Source of the DNA: Vezdaea acicularis
Taxonomy: Eukaryota
NCBI GenBank assembly: GCA_026025075.1
Contig: JAPEUI010000159.1
Location: 1-32,482, forward strand
Length of the DNA stretch: 32,482 nucleotides
Direction of reading: 5' to 3'
The notes under the pieces were generated by a model. The model was not told the origin of the DNA and made no database searches. It worked only from the letters and a program-made list of their open reading frames with translations. A program made the translations under genes and the position numbers. Shown piece after piece: positions 12,249-21,725 of this stretch. Position 1 is the first letter of the stretch. Each line of letters starts with the position of its first letter.

Positions 12249-13005
12249 GGTGGAGGGAGGGGGGGTGGGTTGGGGTTCGTAGGGATGATATTGAATTGCT
12301 GGTGGGATGTCCTGGTTTTATAACTAATATGGGGTGACCTTACGGGTGGCTCGGCGGACATGCGAGAGCTCATTTCGGTCCGTTGAAATGAGGGATAGCC
12401 TGTTTTTCGGTGATTCTATCTGCCCTCATCGCGCTTAACAATACTGAATTAAATTCCAAAAAAATAAATAAATTCATAAGATTCAAGCTAGCGCATCTGG
12501 GAACATCAGACTGATCATCAGAAGACGGTAGTGAACAGCAATAAACCGCCAGATATAGCAACTGCGCACGCGACACGGCTCTTTTCGAAACGTTCCGCAC
12601 CAATCACCCAGATCGCCTCGTAGCTACGCTCGTAGGCGGTCTCTCAAACAGCATTACAGCTTCAAGTCTTTCAAATAAACTATAGACAGCAGAGCTATGA
12701 CTACAAGTGAATTTCTCCGCAATTTGCCGTTTTCCATACGTTATCGTAGGCCGTTCTCACCGAGAATTAGCATGACGTGAGTTGTGGCGTTTGGCTCTGC
12801 ATCCAAACGGCTTGGCACCCAGGAAATACCCAACCACGAGCTTGCGACTCGGCAGAGAATCCTCGCCAACTATCTTTCCCATATCTTTTGTCACATTCGC
12901 TGTCCTTTTCTTATACCGCGTGTGTAGCACCTTTTGGGGGCTGCTTGTGAGCATACTTACTTCTGATAGGCAGATCCTAGAAGCTTACCGTTGTAATAGT
13001 TTTAC

Positions 13006-15886
13006 ATGGCTCCACCACCGAATCCCGCTTCCTCGACGAGCAACAGTGGGACGAGATCGGCTTCGTTACAGCCAGCGCCGAATGTCGAATCTTTGAACGC
13101 TCCGGCTACCAGCCCTTCGGGAATTGCTACTTCTACAAGTAATCTTGCAGGAGATCATTCAAATGTTTCTTACAAGAAGAAGCGCCGTCGCCGTAAGAAG
13201 AGGGATCGTCGCGAGTCTTTCGCCGCGCCTTCGGACGACGCCAGTTCAATGGCGGCGCAGACGAATTCTAACAGAGACCTTCTCGATGTCCCTGATCGCA
13301 CTGAGAGATCTCAAAGCTTTTATCGGTTGGGGCATGATCAGAATTTGAGCAACACAAGCATGGACAGCGAGGCACTTCTGGACCATCGGTTTGTTCTCGT
13401 TCCTTCCAAATTCACCGCCTGGGAAGAAGAATAATTAGGAAAAGAAGCTTATAGTCGATGGGAACCTAGTGAACAGACGCCTTTGAGACCTCGCAGATCT
13501 AGCACGATAGCTCAATCAGCATTTGGCCAGCGGCAGGGCCAGTACGAGAGTACATCTTATCGCCAGCCCTACGTGAATCCATTCGTTGATGGAGAAGGTC
13601 AACCAGGGCGACCACATCGATCAAGGCCTATACGGCGTCAGTCGGCTCGAGACAGCGAAGAAGAAGATGAAGCCGATGATAGAACCCCCCTGATGGGGAC
13701 GTCATATAGAAACAAGCTTTCTACAGCTATGGGTACGATCTATGGTGGTGTTAGCGGAGAAAACAGATCACCAAGGGATGGATCAAGACATTCTACAAAT
13801 ACGTCTAGATCTAGCCGTCGTCGTAAAAAGCTTCCAAGCCAGCCATCTTTCACTGGGGTGGGCGAGTATGATGTTAACAATCCGCCATCCGTCCCTGGAT
13901 CACCCACAATGGGGCCCAATGCATCATTGGACAATCTTGTGGCGGCGGGCTACTCAAGTGCTACACGTGGAGGTCATGCAGGGCCGGGGCCGTTAGGAAA
14001 TGACCAAATCATAGACATCATTGATGATAACGGCGTAGGAAACCCCTATGGAACTAGCTCATCTCCAGCTTCTCCTCGAGGACCTCTTCAACGACGGAAC
14101 ACGATAGCTTTAGGCGCTGAAGAGGACGTCTGCTTTCCTATTGAAGGACTATCAGAATTGGGCGATGATGACCGCCATCACCACCATGGCGAGGGAACCT
14201 CACCCCAAGGGCAACGGAGAAGTCGCCGTCGCCGGTGGCCAGAACTATCCGTGTTGGAAGACTGGAGCAGAGAAGAGAAAGAAGAGAAAAGTGAACGAAT
14301 CGGCGCAAAGAAAATAAACGAGCCAGTTCTCGTGGGTGGTAGGCTGCGACCGAATCTGAAGGCCGGCTGGCACAGAGAGGAAGAAGATGCGCCTTATCGA
14401 TTTACATATTTTAATGAAGAATTCCCAAGCACAATTCACAGCCAGACCATATCAGAACTTGTACAGCCTGGTTCTTCCTTCCAAGAGCTTTTCATCCCCG
14501 ATCCGCCAGAGCTGAGCGACGACTCTTCCGAGGACGAGTCCGATATGCAGTCACACCATGAAGGCCCAATGGACGCGCTCCATGCAAACGGAGGAACTTC
14601 GAAAGCGAACACGAGACCGCCATCCGTAACAGGCGATCGTAAGCCAGAGATGAGAACCCATTCTGGCGAAGCAACTCCGGCCCTACATAAGTCCGGAAAA
14701 CCAAAACGGTATGGAGCACGGCCAACCTTCTGGCTTGATGTTCTTTCACCGACAGAAACAGAGATGCGAGTCATCTCAAAGGCATTTGGAATACACCCAC
14801 TGACCGCAGAAGATATCATGTTACAAGAAGCGCGTGAGAAGGTTGAATTGTTCCGAAATTACTACTTTGTCAATTATCGCACATTTGAGCAAGACATGAA
14901 TAGCGATGACTTCCTTGAGCCGGTGGACATGTACGTGGTTGTCTTTCGGGAAGGTGTCGTTAGCGTAAGTGGCCCTTCCATATGCATGCTATCAATGCTA
15001 ATCATATCTAGTTTCACTTCTCCCAGACTCCACACCCTGCAAATGTGCGGAGACGGATTAGACAACTAAAAGACTATCTGATCCTGACCAGCGATTGGAT
15101 TTCCTATGCTATCATTGATGACATCACAGATGTCTTTGCTCCTTTGATTCAGTCTATCGAAGACGAAGTGGATGACATAGATGATGCAATTTTACAGTTA
15201 CATGCGGGCGAAAAACCGTCGGAGAAAGGGAACAAGAGCTCGGAAAAATCAGAATCAGGTGATGGAACTAGTGGAGAGAAAGGAGGCGATATGCTTCGGA
15301 GAGTAGGCGATTGCCGCAAAAAGGTCATGGGACTCTATCGGCTTCTGGGTAACAAGGCGGACGTTATCAAGGGCTTCGCCAAGCGCTGCAATGAGCAGTG
15401 GGATGTTGCACCAAGAAGCGAGATCGGGTTATATCTGGGTGATATTCAGGATCATATCGTAACGATGACCAGCAATTTGAGTCATTACGAGAAGTAAGTG
15501 GAGGCTAGATAAGGCCATCACTCTTTTTTTTCTATGCTGACGACAGCGCCTTTAGGATCTTGTCACGCTCTCACAGCAACTATCTCGCTCAGATCAACAT
15601 CCGCATGAACGAGCGGCAAGAACAAACCGCGGATGTGCTGGGACGCTTGACGGTGCTTGGGACGATAGTGCTTCCTATGAACATTATTACCGGCCTCTGG
15701 GGCATGAATTGCTTAGTCCCTGGGCAAGACGTGGATAACCTCTCATGGTTTTGGGGTCGTGAGTACCCAACGTGCGACTTTTTCGTGAGAACGAGGGGCT
15801 GACGTCATTCTCTAGTGACTGCTGGGCTCCTGTGCTTCGGCTTCAGTTGCTATTTCATCGCCAAGAAAGTATACCGCATCGTCTAA
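13006..15886 (+). CDS. CorA-family Mg2+ transporter (Mnr2/Alr1 type; Mnr2-like by recalled motif similarity), 5 exons
   Basis: Exons 13006-13388, 13470-14964, 15012-15493, 15556-15758, 15816-15886. Long disordered N-terminus, then WLDV...AFGIHPLTAEDI...REKVELF, YLGDIQDH, and two C-terminal TM helices flanking the GMN signature (TGLWGMNCLVPG). The family is certain; MNR2 versus ALR1 orthology needs a phylogeny. Confidence 0.92.
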
Positions 15887-17065
15887 TACTGAATTGGTTA
15901 TGGAGGGTAGTTTTTCGGAAAGAGCTCGGACCAAACTCGTATCTCTGCTCTGAACCTCCGTTGTTCAACGCTCCCGCTCAGAGGTGCTTTGACATATTAC
16001 AATTGGACACGAGAAAAGAGAAGAAGCAAAACCAACATGCAATCTGTTAGCTGACGCCATCCGCTTGCAGGCGCAGAGGGACGGGGCGATACCGGCATTT
16101 GTGCCTATCAGACCTAGCGAAGGATCTCTCATATATTGTATATACTCACATAATCCCGATCGAGCTGACTAGGAAACTCGAGAGAATGAGTGCATATCGC
16201 GAGACTCAATATTGTTACAGGATCACGCCATCATTACGACGACAATCCGCACAAATAATAGGCACAGCTCCAGCGGTTGCTAAACCTCTCACCCCACCCC
16301 GGCAAGAAGCGCGCTTTGAAGTCGCTCACCCACACTCCGACGGCCCGTGCCAGGAATTTCAACTGCCAAAATTACATACTCGTTGCTAAAGGATCCACCC
16401 ACGAACATGAAGGAGCTGGGCCATGCTGCGATCGACAGGGCGTGCGTTCATCTAAGGATTTGAGGTTCTGCACCCATAAGCTCGGACAGCCTAAGCCTTG
16501 TCCTACGCCGTTTTCTGCGTCGCTTGGTACCTCGAAGGGTACAACTACACGGAAACTTCCATGCGCGACTTATCGCGATCACCTATGCTCCGCAAAAAAA
16601 AGTCTGTCCCCGTCTCTCGCCTTTCAGCCACTGATCCCACTCCGGAAGCATCATCCACCTACGCCATCAGGGTACAGGAACCGAGAAAAGGTGCGCGGCC
16701 GCGTTATGGAACAGGATCGCATCGTTGGCCCAGGCATTCGATGCGGCCAGTTCATTCCACGTTTCCTCACAATGCCCCCCAACAAACCCTTGACGCCCCA
16801 ACTAGCGAAGGAAGCAATGAATACCCGCTGATCCGATGACGAAATACGCAACTATGATGTGAGGCACTGAGTCAATGCTTCTATCGGAGAATCTCAGACA
16901 GATTACCCTTTGCTCAGACAACCCTCCAATGCGCTCTACATAATGAAAGACCGTCGCCACTAGGAAAATGCCATGATGCAGAACAGCAATTAACAATACC
17001 ATGAGCTTGCATTGCCACGACGATCTTTCAAACCTCGGTGCGCAGCCCTCTGCTCGAGGCTTACA

Positions 17066-18130
17066 ATGCTCCCTACACTACGCCCGCCCCTCCGCATATC
17101 TACCTTCCTAATCAACCACTTTATTTTGCTCTCGCTCATCCACCCCTTCCTCGTCACCTCCACTTACCACCTCGACCGGGGCCTGCTCCTCTCTGCCCCC
17201 TTCTGCGCCCCCGTCCCCCTCCCCAGCCAACTCACTCTTCCAAAGGGCTTTCATAGAAGTTGGTACCCGACCGTGACTGCTCTATGCGCCGCGGCTGTCT
17301 ATGGCGGGCAACCCTATGGTAACATGGGCGGGAAATGCTTCCCCGAAATCCCGATATTCGACTTCGACCACTCCATCGCCGACAGCGAGCTCATCGACGA
17401 CCCGGCCATCCGCCAGGTCTGCTATGCCTTCTGCTGGTGCAAGATAACCGGCCCGTCGCCCGGCCGACTGGAGACTGGTGGCGTCTACGAGGTCCGCCAC
17501 GGCCACCGCGTCGACCTGCGCAACGGCGGCATTGTTGTCCATGAGAACGGCCAGACCCTCACTATCCAACCCCCCACCGAGCCCATCCAGCTCCTGCCCG
17601 GCGAGCACGCCCACGAACACACCGCGCCCAGCCCCGCACAAGAAGCCGGCGCCTGCGCCACCAGCCCGCGCGCCGGAGAGACCTGCCAGCAGACGCCAGC
17701 TCCCGCACCAAGCGATGACGGGGCCAGCACCTCCGGCAGCTCCGGCAGTCATGACATGTATCTCCCCAGCTGCGGACGCAGCTGCGACAGCATGGCCAGC
17801 TGTAGCTCCGACTTCGACGCCGAATGCGCCGCCTGCATCCAGGAGCTCATCTATCAGGACATCGAGCCCGAATACCTCGACCCCGTCTTCCCCACCCAGC
17901 CGAGCGCGTACGGTCACTCTTGGGTCTGTGGGAATAAACATGGCCGCAGGAAGGTTAGGAGGAGGGATAAGATGGGTTTGAGGGAGAGGGGCGGCGCGGA
18001 CCTCCAGCCGCCTGGCTTGCTCGGCATGCTGTGTAGGTGTAATGGGACCTTTGTCGATGAGCGGTGCTGCGATGCGCCGGATGGGATGGTTTGGGGAGGT
18101 GGGCCGAGCGGGGTGGTGGAGTTAATGTGA
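17066..18130 (+). CDS. Intronless cysteine-rich hypothetical protein, probably secreted (354 aa, 18 Cys)
   Basis: First ATG of the long ORF is at 17066. A hydrophobic N-terminal stretch (ISTFLINHFILLSLIHPFLVTS) is followed by clustered Cys motifs (CYAFCWC; CGRSCDSMASC; CRCNGTFVDERCC). Strong C-ending codon bias supports coding. Confidence 0.7.
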   Translation: MLPTLRPPLRISTFLINHFILLSLIHPFLVTSTYHLDRGLLLSAPFCAPVPLPSQLTLPKGFHRSWYPTVTALCAAAVYGGQPYGNMGGKCFPEIPIFDFDHSIADSELIDDPAIRQVCYAFCWCKITGPSPGRLETGGVYEVRHGHRVDLRNGGIVVHENGQTLTIQPPTEPIQLLPGEHAHEHTAPSPAQEAGACATSPRAGETCQQTPAPAPSDDGASTSGSSGSHDMYLPSCGRSCDSMASCSSDFDAECAACIQELIYQDIEPEYLDPVFPTQPSAYGHSWVCGNKHGRRKVRRRDKMGLRERGGADLQPPGLLGMLCRCNGTFVDERCCDAPDGMVWGGGPSGVVELM

Positions 18131-18631
18131 GGGAAAAAAAGGAGGAGTTGTGGAAACAATCCATTGGGACGACTGGATTCGCGTCTTGCGACGAATTACA
18201 GCATTTGGGGTAACGCAAAAGGAGGAGATTTATTTTTTCTTCTTCTCCTTTCTTTCTTTTCTACGTACATATATTAGGGGGAACTTTTCTCTGCTGCTTG
18301 TAAGTATTAGGGTTTCCGGGGGAGTTTATGGGCTCAAAGCAAAGGTCTGAGCGATACACACGCATACATGGCATGGCAAATTTGTGGGATTATTACATTC
18401 GAGGATTTTACGGATAATTCATAGAACAAGTCATCTCGTCCGTTTATTGTTACATGTGACTATGTGAGTCCTGAACACCTCCCTGCTGCCCTTTTTTGCT
18501 CTATGAACCCTTTAGAGCAATACAAGGAAGCCCTTAAAACGCCGAGGCCTCTCCAATTTCGTTCGCCTTCCATGCTTAGAACCAAGGACAAAGCCAGTAC
18601 AGGACAAGTGCAACCACGCAGCTCTAAACGG

Positions 18632-19613
18632 TCACCTCTGGGGCGCCAGCCCCATGAAGCGCTGTCTTAGCATGAGTACGGTATTGCGATCTTGCTCGGG
18701 CATTCGTGCGAGGTCTTCGGGCGACAGATTCATGACCTGCTGGATCAATTCGCTTTGCTGGGGGAGTTGGGGCTGCGGGATTACGGGGGGTGGGGGTTGA
18801 TATGGCTGGCCATACATTGGGGGTGTCGGAGCTTGAATCCCTCCAATGACGGGGGGTACGGGTGGGTATGGCGGAGCGGCTGGAGGTAGGATGGTTTGTG
18901 GCTGGACTAGCTGAGGGGTGGGCGTCGCGCCTTGCTGGGCGCTCTTCTCTACGACAGACTGGAGAGCGGTGGTATCTACTAAGCCCATGAGAAGCAATGC
19001 TTGGAAAAGGGCATATGAGAGTTGTGGCGCTTGTTTGAGTAGCTCGGTAGCTTTTGCTGGGTCTTGCATGACTAGCCCTTTCATCTGTGATAGGATGTCG
19101 AGTAGTTGTGGAGCTGGCAGCGTGGCCAGAGTTTTGGAGATTGCATCGGGGCAGGTTAAGCCGGGCTCGAGGTCTCTGCCTGGGGGTAAAGGCGGTAAGA
19201 TGCCTGATGAAGCTTGAGGGGGTGGTGGAGGATAGGCAGCCCCGTTCTGGGGGAGCGGAGGAGGGGCACTATAGCCTGCAGGCGCGGCGTCGTCTTCACC
19301 TCCCTCGTGCGAGAAATCCACTCTCAGCTTCCGCCCCATTATTTCAAAGTCGTTGAGATTTCGGACGGCGGAGGATGCAGAGTCGGCATCTTGAAACTCA
19401 GCGAACCCGAAGCCTTTCGGTTTACCCGTCTCGCGGTCGTGGACGAGGCGGAAACTGAGGACCTTCCCGACAGAGCCAAAGGTCTCGATGATTTGTTCTT
19501 CTGTGAGCCCTATAGTGCAGTTCAGTGACCGTTAAAGAACAGCGGCGCGAGGAGATCATACCATATGGAATGTTTCCAACAAAAACAACTCTTCCTCCCT
19601 TGTCTGGGGGCAT
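18632..19613 (-). CDS. RNA15: Cleavage stimulation factor subunit CstF-64 / Rna15, 2 exons
   Basis: Exons 19613-19562 and 19509-18632. RRM with RNP2 VFVGNIPY and RNP1 KGFGFAEF, hinge domain (CPDAISKTL...APQLSYALFQALLLMGLV), and C-terminal CSTF_C-like tail (LIQQVMNLSPEDLARMPEQDRNTVLMLR). Confidence 0.93.
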
Positions 19614-19971
19614 GCTTGCCTTCGTGTTATGTAAGATGAAGATATGCCGTTGTTTGAATGATCTTTGAGGTCGCTCAATGTGAAAGGTCTGGAGGTGAGA
19701 AAATGTTGCTACAAGGGTGAAAGCGTCGGGCTTCTTATATGTATGGGTTCAAGTTGATGAAGTGCAAAGGGATATTCGCCGGCGACTCAAGAAGTTCGTG
19801 CTGCAATTGGTCGACTTAGCGAGGCGGCCGTAATGAGCTAAGCTCGACTCCTCCACATTTTCCATCTTGAGACTGGAATAACAGAAGCTTGCACAGCTTG
19901 AAAAACAATAGTCTCAAGCTCCACCTCGACCCGCTTCTTCCTCAAACGGACATTTCAAAAGATTTGGAAAG
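19614..19971. promoter_or_regulatory. Short divergent (probably bidirectional) promoter region between RNA15 and PHB2
   Basis: Head-to-head start codons at 19613 (-) and 19972 (+) are separated by only 358 nt. Confidence 0.6.
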
Positions 19972-21065
19972 ATGGCACGAGATCCTCGGGAGACCTGGGC
20001 TAGGTTTCAACAGACACTACAATCTGCTCAGCAGCAAGGGAGGCGTGGCTTCGGAGGTACCCCAAAAGGCGCCTTCGGGGGTGCTGCAGGCCTGATTCTC
20101 CTCATCGGCGGCGCTGCAGCGATCAATAATGCCCTTTTCAATGGTAAATGGCCTTGTTGACTGTCACAAACGTATGTCGGACCAGCTTACTGATCATCTA
20201 TTAGTTGACGGTGGTCATCGGGCGATCAAGTATACACGAATAGGAGGAGTTAAGAAGGAGATCTACCCGGAAGGTATGGAAAGATACCAGGAAGTTCCTC
20301 CATGATCTACCTGCTGAGCTACTCTCCTAGGGACACATTTTAAAATACCGTGGTTTGAGACGCCTATAACTTATGACGTCCGCGCAAAGCCACGAAATGT
20401 AGCGTCCCTCACCGGAACCAAGGATCTTCAGATGGTCAACATCACTTGTCGTGTACTATCAAGACCCCGCGTAGATGCGCTTCCTCAGATATATCGCACA
20501 CTTGGCACAGATTATGACGAAAGAGTCTTACCTTCAATCGTGAATGAGGTCCTAAAGAGTGTCGTGGCACAGTTCAATGCCAGCCAACTGATCACACAGC
20601 GTGAAAGTGTCAGTAGGCTAGTACGCGATAATCTGGTCAAACGGGCGGCGCGATTCAACATCATGCTTGACGATGTCTCATTAACGGTACGCCCCTGAGA
20701 TCCTTGCCATATCGTGACGTCTTCCACTCACTGGCTTCTAGCATCTCGCATTCTCCCCTGAATTCACGGCAGCAGTTGAGGCTAAGCAAGTCGCGCAACA
20801 AGAGGCTCAACGCGCTGCTTTCGTGGTCGACAAGGCAAGACAGGAGAAGCAGGCAATGGTGGTGAGGGCCCAAGGTGAAGCTAGATCCGCGGAGTTGATT
20901 GGCGACGCTATCAAGAAGTCTCGAAGCTACGTCGATCTACGAAGAATAGAGAACGCCAGAAACATCGCAACAATTCTTGCGGAAGGTGGTGGGAAGAACA
21001 AGCTCTATCTTGATGCCGATGGCTTGGGACTGAACGTTGCGGAAAAATACGAAGAAAAGAAGTAG
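19972..21065 (+). CDS. PHB2: Prohibitin-2 (mitochondrial SPFH protein), 4 exons
   Basis: Exons 19972-20143, 20205-20273, 20331-20686, 20742-21065. Motifs [69 protein letters not shown] and [13 protein letters not shown]. Confidence 0.96.
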
Positions 21066-21725
21066 TGGAAGGGCCAAGACCGTGTCGCATCATGGATTAG
21101 ATTAAACCCTCTCCACACTGTATTATTTACACTTCTCATATTGCCCCAAGTGCAGCAGGTACTTTCCTCAATAAAAACCATAGTGATTTAATGCATAGCG
21201 TCGCATTGTACTACCTGTCCATAAAACGTGAGGCTTTTGGTAACAGCTCGACGATTGGACTAAAGAAGCGAGCCAACCGCGGTTCTCAAGGGCCGCGCAG
21301 CCAGAGCTGAGGTGTGGCAAAGACCCATACACTTTCAGCTGGCGTGGGTCGCTCTGGCTCGTGCACGGGCCAAATCAGCTTCTTGACTCGAGGGAGACGC
21401 AGAGAACGAAAAGATTCACTCTTCTGGCTTCATGCATCTATTTCTCCACCTTTCTCATGTATCTTAGCCTTGCGCATCATCTCTGTCGCATTTAAACTTG
21501 ATACGAGACCACGAGGATATGATTTCTTTCGATAGATACCCTTACGAGTGACGACTTCTTGTTGATTTTACAGTTCGGTGATCTTCCTATAATATTGCTG
21601 GTGGCTGGTGAGCCAGCAGCAGCTTAGCGCCATTCGAACCCGTCACAACAACGCGGAACCACCCAAAGCTCGTGCAGCGCCTGCAGGCGTAAGTTGACTC
21701 GTTGTGGACTACACTCACTTCTGCC

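Noticed and set aside
16099..17002. Overlapping ORFs (up to 184 aa) between the CorA gene and the Cys-rich gene; possible relic gene or transposon
   Set aside because: No recognisable domain, terminal repeats or target-site duplication, and no convincing exon structure.
17282..17981. 219-aa antisense ORF and 167-aa alternative-frame ORF
   Set aside because: Expected by-products of the strong C-ending codon bias of the Cys-rich gene.
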